A stretch of 64,000 nt of DNA. It comes from Obrimoposthia wandeli. Its lineage: Eukaryota. Positions within the stretch are counted from its first letter, which is position 1. Every line of letters begins with the position of its first letter. The notes under the pieces were generated by a model. That model was not told where the DNA came from. It worked only from the letters and a program-made list of their open reading frames with translations, and searched no databases. Where the stretch lies: NCBI GenBank assembly GCA_977020255.1, contig CDROCS010002834.1, forward strand, positions 124,001 through 188,000. Reading direction: 5' to 3'. Below are positions 21,001-29,961 of the stretch, one piece after another. The translations under genes were made by a program, and so were the position numbers.

Positions 21001-21411
21001 CTAATAAACGGTCACACTTTGCCACGTATTTAACGCAGGGATCAGAGATTGAATCTCTATTTCTTGGGCTTGTCTTTGAGCAACTCGCTGACACAATTCA
21101 TCGTCAATAAGTTGTGAATGTGAAAGTTGGTAAGGTAGATCTTTCGTCAGGGTTTGGTGATATTTGACTAGCGCTTGTTGTTGAATGGTATTTAACTGAA
21201 CCTTATGCACGCCAAAATATAACTGACCATTTTGCTTTACTTTAAACACACGTTGCCCATCATCAAGGGTCAACGCGTCATCTTGTAAAATCACGTCGTT
21301 ATGCCAAGTTAAGTTACATTGTGAAGCCCAAGCAGGCGTCGTGATTGCCACAAAAGTGAATATCAGCATTGTTAATATTGGCGCAGCATTTCTAGCAAAG
21401 ATCATATTCAT
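21001..21411 (-). CDS. Short YggN/DUF2884-like exported protein
   Basis: Signal peptide then QCNLTWHNDVIL, resembling YggN, at the YggN position between hemW and glutaminase; only 136 aa. Confidence 0.65.
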   Translation of the reverse strand: MNMIFARNAAPILTMLIFTFVAITTPAWASQCNLTWHNDVILQDDALTLDDGQRVFKVKQNGQLYFGVHKVQLNTIQQQALVKYHQTLTKDLPYQLSHSQLIDDELCQRVAQRQAQEIEIQSLIPALNTWQSVTVY

Positions 21412-21460
21412 ACCATCCTTATCCTACGAAGAATCTGCGATATGAATAAGACGCAGCTCT

Positions 21461-22381
21461 TTAAAAGATTGATCGCCCAATACGTTCGGCGAGTAATTCT
21501 AATGCTGCTGTGCCTGCCAACGAGTTACCAGAAAGATCCAGCTCAGGTGACCACACCGTTATCGACATCTCACCAGGTACAATAGCAACAATTCCACCAC
21601 CTACACCCGATTTGCCCGGCATTCCCACACGATAAGCAAACTCACCTGCACCGTCATATAATCCACACGTTGCAAGCAATGCATTCGTTTGCTTACTCTG
21701 AGTTTGGCTGATAATAGTTTTTTTCGCGCCTAAAGGAAGACCTTTATTTGCTAAGTAACTGAATGTACGAGCTAAATCAACACAACTCATTTTTAGTGAG
21801 CAATAACTAAAATAATTGGTTAAAACAGGCATCACTTCATTTTCAAAATTACCGAAAGAACGCATTAAATACGCAATCGATGCATTGCGGTCGCTGTGTT
21901 GCATTTCAGACGCAGCAACCGCTTTGTCGTATGTTAAATGCGGATTACAAGAAAGCTTTCGAACGAGTTCTAGCATGCGATATTGCGGCGCCGCTAAACG
22001 GCTATGCAGTAAATCAGATACCACTAGCGCGCCGGCATTGATAAATGGATTACGTGGAATACCATTTTCCAGTTCTAACTGGATCATTGAATTAAATGCA
22101 TGACCAGAAGGTTCTTTACCTACACGTCGCCAAATTTCTTCTGGCTCATATAGGCTCATTGCTAGTGTAAGCGACATTACCTTAGAGATAGATTGAATAG
22201 AGAAACGTTCTTGGCTGTCTCCAGCTTGGATGATCTCGCCGTCGTTATAACACACAGCAATACCTAATTTAGTGGAAGAAACATCGGCTAATGCAGGAAT
22301 ATAATCAGCGACCTTTCCTTGACCGATTAACGGTCTCACTTCATCCAAAATACCAGCGAGCAACTCTTTTGTTGGCTTCAT
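21461..22381 (-). CDS. glsB: Glutaminase
   Basis: [34 protein letters not shown]; start at ATG 22381. Confidence 0.95.
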   Translation of the reverse strand: MKPTKELLAGILDEVRPLIGQGKVADYIPALADVSSTKLGIAVCYNDGEIIQAGDSQERFSIQSISKVMSLTLAMSLYEPEEIWRRVGKEPSGHAFNSMIQLELENGIPRNPFINAGALVVSDLLHSRLAAPQYRMLELVRKLSCNPHLTYDKAVAASEMQHSDRNASIAYLMRSFGNFENEVMPVLTNYFSYCSLKMSCVDLARTFSYLANKGLPLGAKKTIISQTQSKQTNALLATCGLYDGAGEFAYRVGMPGKSGVGGGIVAIVPGEMSITVWSPELDLSGNSLAGTAALELLAERIGRSIF

Positions 22382-22535
22382 TCTTATTCTCCAAGGGCAA
22401 AAAAGCCAACACGAGGTTGGCTTTAAAGACATGATGCAATTCATTCTATGTTTGCAGCTGTGCATCTAACCATATCGGTATCGACAAATAATCTGGCCGA
22501 TAGTGGAAAAGATTACAATCTTAGCAAAACTGAGA

Positions 22536-23273
22536 CTATTCAGTACGTGCGTACTTCATGTCCCATACGCCATGGCCTAAACGGTGACCACGCGCTTCAA
22601 ATTTGGTTAACGGACGATCGTCAGGACGCGCAATATAGTCGCCATCTGTTGCCGTGTTCTTGTAACCAGATGCCGCATTCATCACTTCAACCATGTGCTC
22701 TGCGTAGTTTTCCCAATCTGTTGCCATATGGAAAACACCACCAATTTTTAGCTTCTTACGTAACATTTCAGCAAATGCAGGCTGAACGATACGACGCTTA
22801 TGGTGACGCGTTTTATGCCATGGGTCAGGGAAGAACAGCTGAACAGTGTCTAGGCTGCCATCTGGAATCATGTAATCAAACACTTCAACACCATCGTGAC
22901 ACATTACACGTAAGTTAGTTAGGCCAGTTTCTTCTGCGCCCATCAAACATGCACCCACACCAGGGCTGTGTACTTCGATACCAATAAAATCTTTCTCTGG
23001 AGCATTCTTGGCCATTTCAACCAATGATGCGCCCATGCCAAAACCAATTTCTAGCACAACAGGTGCTTCACGGTTATAGACTTCTTTCCAATCCAGCATT
23101 TGCTGAGCAAAGTCGATACCCATTGTTGACCAGTTGTTATCCATCGCCGATTCTTGGCCTTTGGTTAAACGGCCTTCACGACGAACAAAACTACGAATCT
23201 TTCGTACAAGTTTGCCGTCTTCGGTCAATTCAGTCACGGTTACATCGCCGGACTTTTTTGAAACTTCGCTCAT
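22536..23273 (-). CDS. trmB: tRNA m7G46 methyltransferase
   Basis: [25 protein letters not shown]. Confidence 0.97.
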   Translation of the reverse strand: MSEVSKKSGDVTVTELTEDGKLVRKIRSFVRREGRLTKGQESAMDNNWSTMGIDFAQQMLDWKEVYNREAPVVLEIGFGMGASLVEMAKNAPEKDFIGIEVHSPGVGACLMGAEETGLTNLRVMCHDGVEVFDYMIPDGSLDTVQLFFPDPWHKTRHHKRRIVQPAFAEMLRKKLKIGGVFHMATDWENYAEHMVEVMNAASGYKNTATDGDYIARPDDRPLTKFEARGHRLGHGVWDMKYARTE

Positions 23274-23517
23274 GGTAAATACCTAAAACTAAAAATGAAG
23301 AAAAACTAAGCGGAACGGCATTATCCAAAGTTATGGCATAAGTGCAAGTCTATCGATTGCGACAACTGCAAGTTTATGGTGGAATCATGCCCCATACTGC
23401 GTTCAATACTGCCCAACGTCATACTACCAGAACCAGTAAAAATCAGTGCAATCATATCAAACTCAATAATTATAATAGCGTCTATCAACGCTAAACAAAC
23501 AACAGTGAGTAAAGTCC

Positions 23518-24588
23518 GTGAGTAATACCTTTTCTGATGCCATTTTAGCGTGGTACGACAAATTTGGTCGTAAGACACTGCCTTGGCAACACAATAAAAC
23601 ACCTTACAAAGTCTGGTTATCAGAAATCATGCTGCAGCAAACCCAAGTTGCCACTGTGATCCCTTACTTTGAACGCTTCATGGAACGTTTTCCGACAGTG
23701 CAAGATTTAGCGGCTGCCGAACAAGATGAGGTATTACACCTTTGGACTGGCCTTGGTTACTACGCTCGCGCTCGAAATCTTCATAAAGCCGCGCAAATTA
23801 TCGTTTCTGAGCACAATGGTATATTCCCTACTGATATTGTTCAGGTGCAAGCTCTACCCGGTATTGGTCGATCCACGGCTGGAGCAGTTCTGTCGTTATC
23901 ACTCAAGCAACATCACGCGATTTTAGATGGCAATGTAAAACGCACATTAGCACGTTGCTATGCCGTAGAAGGTTGGCCCGGTAAAAAGCCAGTCGAAAAT
24001 ACGTTGTGGGAAATTGCAGAAAAAAACACACCAGATTCAGGCGTCGAGCGTTATAACCAAGCAATGATGGATATGGGGGCAATGATTTGTACCCGCAGCA
24101 AGCCTAAATGCGAGCTGTGCCCTATTGAAGCAATGTGTGAAGCAAAAGCACAACTGCGCCAAACCGACTTTCCGGGGAAAAAACCGAAGAAGGTGATGCC
24201 AGAAAAACAGACTTGGTTCGCTATTTTGCAACACGGCGACGAGGTATGGCTAGAGCAGCGTCCACCGGTCGGAATCTGGGGCGGGTTATGGTGTTTTCCA
24301 CAGCATGATACCGATGATTTAAGTGCTTTAATCACACAACGTATTGGCTCAGAAAGTCACATTACCGAAACAGAACAACTGCATGCTTTCCGCCATACCT
24401 TTAGTCACTACCACCTCGATATCGTACCCATTCGAATGCAATTATCCGCTCCGATAAATGTGATTCAAGAAAGCGGAAAAGGTCAATGGTATAGCTTAAC
24501 TACACCACCGAAAGTAGGGTTAGCAGCACCAGTGCAGCAAATACTGGAAGGCCTGCGCTACGAGCTCAATCACTCAAAAATATTATAA
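23518..24588 (+). CDS. mutY: A/G-specific adenine glycosylase
   Basis: [21 protein letters not shown], HhH motif LPGIGRSTA, 4Fe-4[12 protein letters not shown]. Confidence 0.97.
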   Translation: MSNTFSDAILAWYDKFGRKTLPWQHNKTPYKVWLSEIMLQQTQVATVIPYFERFMERFPTVQDLAAAEQDEVLHLWTGLGYYARARNLHKAAQIIVSEHNGIFPTDIVQVQALPGIGRSTAGAVLSLSLKQHHAILDGNVKRTLARCYAVEGWPGKKPVENTLWEIAEKNTPDSGVERYNQAMMDMGAMICTRSKPKCELCPIEAMCEAKAQLRQTDFPGKKPKKVMPEKQTWFAILQHGDEVWLEQRPPVGIWGGLWCFPQHDTDDLSALITQRIGSESHITETEQLHAFRHTFSHYHLDIVPIRMQLSAPINVIQESGKGQWYSLTTPPKVGLAAPVQQILEGLRYELNHSKIL

Positions 24589-24601
24589 TAAAAGTGGTAT
24601 T

Positions 24602-24625
24602 AAAAAGGGCTTTCATCGCCCTTTT
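24602..24625 (+). terminator. Terminator after mutY
   Basis: AAAAGGGC-tttcatc-GCCCTTTTT. Confidence 0.75.
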
Positions 24626-24726
24626 TATACAAGTTTCGCCTCTTCGCTGCCTTATCCTAGATGCTAGGGTTACACTCTGGTATAACTAGCAGCGTACTCA
24701 TTAGGTCATGATTAAGGAGCCATTCA

Positions 24727-24999
24727 ATGAGCCGTACTGTTTTTTGTATTCACCTGAAAAAAGATGCTGAGGGACTCGATTTTCAACTGTACCCAGGCGA
24801 TCTAGGTAAACGTATTTTTGACAACATTTCAAAAGAAGCATGGGCAGAATGGCAAAGTAAGCAAACCATGCTGATCAATGAGAAAAAACTAAACATGATG
24901 AATCTTGATCACCGTAAGTTGCTTGAAACCGAAATGGTTAACTTCTTATTTGAAGGTCAAGATGTGATCATTGAAGGTTATACGCCACCAAGCAAGTAA
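24727..24999 (+). CDS. yggX: Fe-S oxidative damage protection protein YggX
   Basis: [28 protein letters not shown]. Confidence 0.96.
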   Translation: MSRTVFCIHLKKDAEGLDFQLYPGDLGKRIFDNISKEAWAEWQSKQTMLINEKKLNMMNLDHRKLLETEMVNFLFEGQDVIIEGYTPPSK

Positions 25000-25114
25000 T
25001 ACCCATCACGGTTTATTAATATATTCCGGTGAAAAGGTTTACGGGTAGAGAAAGAAAATGACATCATTGGTCGTTAATTAACTATCAATAATGTCACTTT
25101 CTGTTTGCCCACTT

Positions 25115-26254
25115 ATGAATAAACACTTTTTTTTACTGTTATCTCTCTTCTTGCTCAACGGATGTAGTCGTGAATTCATCGAGCAAATCTACGATGTTGA
25201 CTACAGCACCACCAACCGTTTTGCGAAAAATCTGGCATCGCTTCCCGGCCAGTTCACCAAAGATCCCGCTGAATTAAACCGATTAATTGGATCATTTAAT
25301 GGCAAGATTAAACGCCAATGGGGCAACGATAACGCCTTAGTATCCAGTAAACGCCAATACGTTAAATATACCGATGGCTATCAAAGTCGAGCGCACGTTG
25401 ATTTTGATCGCGGTATCGTTACTATCGAAACCGTGGCTAAAACAGAACCAGAAAAACATTTAAAAGAAGCGATCACCACAACTCTGCTCACCCCTGATAA
25501 CCCAGCAGGGGTCGATTTATATTCTGATATGGCCATCGAGCTAAAAGGTAAACCCTTCCTCTACGAGCAAGTCTTAGATCAAGATGGCAAACCGATTGAA
25601 TGGTCTTGGCGCGCTAATCAATTTGCAGATCACCTGATAAATACCAAATTAAAGAAAAAGAAGATCCGCTATCAGCAAGCGTATTACGTCGAGATCCCTT
25701 TGGTTGCAAATAGCTCGGAACAACGAGGGTATAAATATGCAAGCATCATTAAAGATGCCTCTCGTCGCTACGACATCCCTGAAGATCTTATCTATGCGAT
25801 CATCAAAACCGAAAGCAGCTTCAATCCTTATGCAGTTAGCCACGCCAACGCTTATGGCTTAATGCAAGTTATACCCAAAACGGCTGGCGCCGATGTCTTT
25901 AAACTCGTCAAAAAGAAGCCCGGCATACCGACTCCTGAATATTTATTTGACCCAAGAAGTAACATTGATACGGGTACAGCCTATTTCTATATTTTGCGTA
26001 ATCGTTATTTGAAAGATGTAAAGAACCCAACATCACTGCATTACAGTATGATTTCGGCTTATAACGGCGGTGCTGGCGGTGTGCTTAACACCTTCAATAA
26101 AAATGATAGAAAACGGGCAATGAACGATTTAAACAGCCTTCAGCCAAATCAGGTGTATTGGGCACTGACCAATAAGCACCCAAAAGCAGAAGCAAGACGT
26201 TATTTAGAGAAAGTGACTGCCTTCCAAAAAGAGTTTAATCAAGGGAAAATTTAA
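25115..26254 (+). CDS. mltC: Membrane-bound lytic murein transglycosylase C
   Basis: Lipobox LLNGC, AIIKTESSFNP, GLMQV, AYNGG; start at ATG 25115. Confidence 0.93.
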   Translation: MNKHFFLLLSLFLLNGCSREFIEQIYDVDYSTTNRFAKNLASLPGQFTKDPAELNRLIGSFNGKIKRQWGNDNALVSSKRQYVKYTDGYQSRAHVDFDRGIVTIETVAKTEPEKHLKEAITTTLLTPDNPAGVDLYSDMAIELKGKPFLYEQVLDQDGKPIEWSWRANQFADHLINTKLKKKKIRYQQAYYVEIPLVANSSEQRGYKYASIIKDASRRYDIPEDLIYAIIKTESSFNPYAVSHANAYGLMQVIPKTAGADVFKLVKKKPGIPTPEYLFDPRSNIDTGTAYFYILRNRYLKDVKNPTSLHYSMISAYNGGAGGVLNTFNKNDRKRAMNDLNSLQPNQVYWALTNKHPKAEARRYLEKVTAFQKEFNQGKI

Positions 26255-26432
26255 GCCTTTGAGTCAAGAGTTGAGAGATTTACGGTATTTATCAACAACA
26301 TTTATCTCATTCCATCGAAGGAGATAAACACGAACACCCAGAGTTCAAGGCATCAATTTGGTATAGATAGCGTCTTTAATGAGCAAAAATCGAGCGTACA
26401 AACCATTTGCTCGCTTTTTCTCGAAAAAAAAG

Positions 26433-26468
26433 TTGACGAAAGGGCCTAAAACCCGTTTAATAGCGCTC
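26433..26468 (+). promoter_or_regulatory. Stable-RNA sigma70 promoter of tRNA operon 1
   Basis: TTGACG-17bp-TTTAAT, GC-rich discriminator AGCGCTCC, A-tract upstream. Confidence 0.85.
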
Positions 26469-26472
26469 CGTT

Positions 26473-26548
26473 GCCTCGATAGCTCAGTCGGTAGAGCAGA
26501 GGATTGAAAATCCTCGTGTCGGTGGTTCGATTCCGCCTCGAGGCACCA
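26473..26548 (+). tRNA. tRNA-Phe(GAA), allele A
   Basis: 76-nt cloverleaf, anticodon GAA, CCA end. Confidence 0.97.
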
Positions 26549-26607
26549 TTATTTCTTTTTGTTCATTAGAATATGAGAAATACGGTGCAAGCAACGAAAT
26601 AGATAAT

Positions 26608-26683
26608 TCCCTTTTAGTTCAGTTGGTAGAACGCCGGACTGTTAATCCGTATGTCGCTGGTTCAAGTCCAGCAAAGGGAGCCA
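26608..26683 (+). tRNA. tRNA-Asn(GTT)
   Basis: 76-nt cloverleaf, anticodon GTT, CCA end. Confidence 0.97.
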
Positions 26684-26733
26684 CATTCGTTTTTAAGTTG
26701 TAAGTTAACTTGAAGACAACAAAGATTTAGTGT

Positions 26734-26791
<58 letters not shown>

Positions 26792-26809
26792 CTCCGGTAG
26801 TCGGCACCA
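26734..26809 (+). tRNA. tRNA-Thr(TGT)
   Basis: 76-nt cloverleaf, anticodon TGT, CCA end. Confidence 0.97.
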
Positions 26810-26893
26810 TTTCTTAGCAAACGCTGTGTAGCATTAACTAACGTTATGTAACATTAGCTTTGCAAAAGTAAAAGCCTAACCGCTTTCACTTTT

Positions 26894-26969
26894 GCCTTGA
26901 TAGCTCAGTCGGTAGAGCAGAGGATTGAAAATCCTCGTGTCCCTGGTTCGATTCCGGGTCAAGGCACCA
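26894..26969 (+). tRNA. tRNA-Phe(GAA), allele B
   Basis: Acceptor GCCTTGA/TCAAGGC, T-stem CCTGG/CCGGG, anticodon GAA. Confidence 0.97.
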
Positions 26970-26975
26970 TATAAT

Positions 26976-27051
26976 TCCCTTTTAGTTCAGTTGGTAGAAC
27001 GCCGGACTGTTAATCCGTATGTCGCTGGTTCAAGTCCAGCAAAGGGAGCCA
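26976..27051 (+). tRNA. tRNA-Asn(GTT)
   Basis: Same sequence as the 26608 copy. Confidence 0.97.
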
Positions 27052-27132
27052 CTTTCTTTTCTAGGCAAAGCCTAGAGATAAAAGAGCGTTTTTAGGTTAC
27101 AAGTTAACTTGAAGACAACAAAGATTTAGTGT

Positions 27133-27190
<58 letters not shown>

Positions 27191-27208
27191 CTCCGGTAGT
27201 CGGCACCA
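27133..27208 (+). tRNA. tRNA-Thr(TGT)
   Basis: Same sequence as the 26734 copy. Confidence 0.97.
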
Positions 27209-27292
27209 TTTCTTAGCAAACGCTGTGTAGCATTAACTAACGTTGTGTAACATTAGCTTTGCAAAAGTAAAAGCCTAACCGCTTTCACTTTT

Positions 27293-27368
27293 GCCTTGAT
27301 AGCTCAGTCGGTAGAGCAGAGGATTGAAAATCCTCGTGTCGGTGGTTCGATTCCGCCTCGAGGCACCA
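27293..27368 (+). tRNA. tRNA-Phe(GAA), chimeric allele
   Basis: 5' GCCTTGA of allele B with the 3' half of allele A (U5.G68 wobble). Confidence 0.95.
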
Positions 27369-27374
27369 TATAAT

Positions 27375-27450
27375 TCCCTTTTAGTTCAGTTGGTAGAACG
27401 CCGGACTGTTAATCCGTATGTCGCTGGTTCAAGTCCAGCAAAGGGAGCCA
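27375..27450 (+). tRNA. tRNA-Asn(GTT)
   Basis: Same sequence as the 26608 copy. Confidence 0.97.
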
Positions 27451-27454
27451 CATT

Positions 27455-27486
27455 AAAAAGCCTTGTCTTCGGACGAGGCTTTTTTT
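27455..27486 (+). terminator. Terminator of tRNA operon 1
   Basis: AAAAAGCCTTGTC-ttcg-GACGAGGCTTTTTTT. Confidence 0.92.
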
Positions 27487-27541
27487 GTGCCTGTTATCCA
27501 TCTAAACAAGCATCTGCTTATTTACTTATCCAGATTGGTCT

Positions 27542-27560
27542 TATACCCAAGTCACCTCAA
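27542..27560 (+). mobile_element. Orphan terminal repeat of the MITE family found at 8495
   Basis: TATACCCAAGTCACCTCAA compared with TATACCCAAGCTACCTCAA; no partner end seen nearby. Confidence 0.55.
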
Positions 27561-27806
27561 TGTTCTGATTGCGCTCAATACCCCACTTAGAATCCCCTTC
27601 AATCTTGGCCATATAACCCCTGTAACGATCATTCAACACGATATATCAAATAAGTATGGTGTAGACCGTAGATAAGCAGAAAAAGCCATAGTCGCGCTTT
27701 AGAGGGATTAGAGCGTTAAAAACTCACACATCGTGAGTTTTCTTTACCGCATATTCGTCTACGTTTAGTAAGAGTGTTAAATTTATTACTAACTCAAGGA
27801 CGACCA

Positions 27807-28433
27807 ATGATCACCTTATATGGCTACCCTCGCTCTCGTTCATTACGTGTTTCATGGTTACTTGAAGAAAGCGGCCTTGATTGGCAATACCATTTGGTTA
27901 ATTTAATGAAAGGTGAACATAAATCGCCAAGCTACCTAGCTCTCAGCCACCAAAGTAAAGTACCTATCCTCAAAGATAATGACATTACCTTATGTGAATC
28001 ATCCGCTATTTGTTTTTATATTGCAGAAAAATACGTCCCACAATGGCTACCCAAACCCGCAAGCGCAGAATCTGCGCTTCATCACCAATGGGTCAGCTTT
28101 ATTATTTCAGAGTTAGAACAACCCTTGTGGAGCATGGGTAAACATAAATTTGCCCTACCCGAACAGATTCGATTACCAGAAATGCTTGCCGTTGCCAGCT
28201 GGGAATTTAAGAAAGCCGCCCAAACAGCCGAAGCTTGGCTGCCAGATTCTGATTATGTCATAGGGCGTTCACCCAGCATTGCTGACATTCTTCTCGCCCA
28301 CACCCTCAACTGGGCAGTCAAGTTTGAGCAAAAATTACCCACTAAACTCGAAAAATACCGTCAAAAGCTAAACCAGCGCCCGGCATTAATACGTGCATTG
28401 AGCAAAGAACAACAAGCTTTAGCTGATCTTTAA
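27807..28433 (+). CDS. Glutathione S-transferase family protein
   Basis: MITLYGYPRSRSLRV, KVPIL, LCESSAIC, SIADI GST motifs; start at ATG 27807. Confidence 0.92.
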   Translation: MITLYGYPRSRSLRVSWLLEESGLDWQYHLVNLMKGEHKSPSYLALSHQSKVPILKDNDITLCESSAICFYIAEKYVPQWLPKPASAESALHHQWVSFIISELEQPLWSMGKHKFALPEQIRLPEMLAVASWEFKKAAQTAEAWLPDSDYVIGRSPSIADILLAHTLNWAVKFEQKLPTKLEKYRQKLNQRPALIRALSKEQQALADL

Positions 28434-28528
28434 AAAGTAATTTTCCGGTATTAATGAGCTTAATGAGTTTAAAATACCACCAATCAGTGCAAAAAAACCA
28501 AAGTTAAACATTTTTCGCAAAAAAACCA

Positions 28529-28563
28529 TTGACGAAACAGCCGAAAACCTTTTTAATGCGCTC
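28529..28563 (+). promoter_or_regulatory. Stable-RNA sigma70 promoter of tRNA operon 2
   Basis: TTGACG-17bp-TTTAAT-GCGCTC, A-tract upstream. Confidence 0.85.
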
Positions 28564-28567
28564 CGTT

Positions 28568-28643
28568 GCCTCGATAGCTCAGTCGGTAGAGCAGAGGATT
28601 GAAAATCCTCGTGTCGGTGGTTCGATTCCGCCTCGAGGCACCA
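28568..28643 (+). tRNA. tRNA-Phe(GAA), allele A
   Basis: Same sequence as the 26473 copy. Confidence 0.97.
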
Positions 28644-28702
28644 TTATTTCTTTTTGTTCATTAGAATATGAGAAATACGGTGCAAGCAACGAAATAGATA
28701 AT

Positions 28703-28778
28703 TCCCTTTTAGTTCAGTTGGTAGAACGCCGGACTGTTAATCCGTATGTCGCTGGTTCAAGTCCAGCAAAGGGAGCCA
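28703..28778 (+). tRNA. tRNA-Asn(GTT)
   Basis: Cloverleaf, anticodon GTT, CCA end. Confidence 0.97.
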
Positions 28779-28828
28779 AATTCGTTTTTAAGTTGTAAGT
28801 TAACTTGAAGACAACAAAGATTTAGTGT

Positions 28829-28886
<58 letters not shown>

Positions 28887-28904
28887 CTCCGGTAGTCGGC
28901 ACCA
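28829..28904 (+). tRNA. tRNA-Thr(TGT)
   Basis: Cloverleaf, anticodon TGT, CCA end. Confidence 0.97.
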
Positions 28905-28988
28905 TTTCTTAGCAAATGCTGTGTAGCATTAACTAACGTTGTGTAACATTAGCTTTGCAAAAGTAAAAGCCTAACCGCTTTCACTTTT

Positions 28989-29064
28989 GCCTTGATAGCT
29001 CAGTCGGTAGAGCAGAGGATTGAAAATCCTCGTGTCGGTGGTTCGATTCCGCCTCGAGGCACCA
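28989..29064 (+). tRNA. tRNA-Phe(GAA), chimeric allele
   Basis: GCCTTGA...TCGAGGC. Confidence 0.95.
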
Positions 29065-29070
29065 TATAAT

Positions 29071-29146
29071 TCCCTTTTAGTTCAGTTGGTAGAACGCCGG
29101 ACTGTTAATCCGTATGTCGCTGGTTCAAGTCCAGCAAAGGGAGCCA
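29071..29146 (+). tRNA. tRNA-Asn(GTT)
   Basis: Cloverleaf, anticodon GTT, CCA end. Confidence 0.97.
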
Positions 29147-29227
29147 CTTTCTTTTCTAGGCAAAGCCTAGAGATAAAAGAGCGTTTTTAGGTTACAAGTT
29201 AACTTGAAGACAACAAAGATTTAGTGT

Positions 29228-29285
<58 letters not shown>

Positions 29286-29303
29286 CTCCGGTAGTCGGCA
29301 CCA
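29228..29303 (+). tRNA. tRNA-Thr(TGT)
   Basis: Cloverleaf, anticodon TGT, CCA end. Confidence 0.97.
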
Positions 29304-29387
29304 TTTCTTAGCAAACGCTGTGTAGCATTAACTAACGTTGTGTAACATTAGCTTTGCAAAAGTAAAAGCCTAACCGCTTTCACTTTT

Positions 29388-29463
29388 GCCTTGATAGCTC
29401 AGTCGGTAGAGCAGAGGATTGAAAATCCTCGTGTCGGTGGTTCGATTCCGCCTCGAGGCACCA
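29388..29463 (+). tRNA. tRNA-Phe(GAA), chimeric allele
   Basis: GCCTTGA...TCGAGGC. Confidence 0.95.
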
Positions 29464-29469
29464 TATAAT

Positions 29470-29545
29470 TCCCTTTTAGTTCAGTTGGTAGAACGCCGGA
29501 CTGTTAATCCGTATGTCGCTGGTTCAAGTCCAGCAAAGGGAGCCA
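29470..29545 (+). tRNA. tRNA-Asn(GTT)
   Basis: Cloverleaf, anticodon GTT, CCA end. Confidence 0.97.
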
Positions 29546-29591
29546 AACAACTTTAAGTTGAGAAATCAGCTTATAGTACAAAATTTAGTGT

Positions 29592-29649
<58 letters not shown>

Positions 29650-29667
29650 CTCCGGTAGTCGGCACCA
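29592..29667 (+). tRNA. tRNA-Thr(TGT)
   Basis: Cloverleaf, anticodon TGT, CCA end. Confidence 0.97.
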
Positions 29668-29674
29668 TCTTTTG

Positions 29675-29706
29675 GAAAACCTCATCTTCGGATGAGGTTT
29701 TTTTTT
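29675..29706 (+). terminator. Terminator of tRNA operon 2
   Basis: AAAACCTCATC-ttcg-GATGAGGTTTTTTTTT. Confidence 0.92.
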
Positions 29707-29961
29707 ATCTTTTTTTCGTCAATGGTACTTTCCTCATCAATAGATATTTCTAACTCATTTATCAAGAGTATCTATTGATAAGCCTAACAAAATGAAGAAA
29801 ATACCGAATATACGTATAACTTTGGATATTAGTCTTAGGCCGTAATACGTATAATCAATACCTGCTAAACGGCTCACTATATACATAGGTAAGCCGCTCA
29901 GCAGTTTTGCACTTCAACTGACGACGTCCCCATATACAACAAGCAAGGTTAATTCTCATTA

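Noticed and set aside
26734-26809. A.C mismatch in the tRNA-Thr(TGT) T-stem as a sign of a pseudogene
   Set aside because: The same mismatch occurs in all five copies and, as I recall, in E. coli thrU, so it is a normal feature.
27324-27675. ORFs 27324-27590 and 27463-27675, and also 28529-28798
   Set aside because: They overlap tRNA genes, terminators or promoters and have no protein motifs.
26473-29667. CRISPR array or integron cassette array
   Set aside because: The repeats are 76-nt tRNA cloverleafs with repeated rather than unique spacers, and there are no cas or intI genes.
29820-29961. c-di-GMP-I (GEMM) riboswitch upstream of the HD-GYP gene
   Set aside because: No GCAAA...GAAA tetraloop/receptor arrangement on the sense strand; the GGCCTAA-like word is on the wrong strand.
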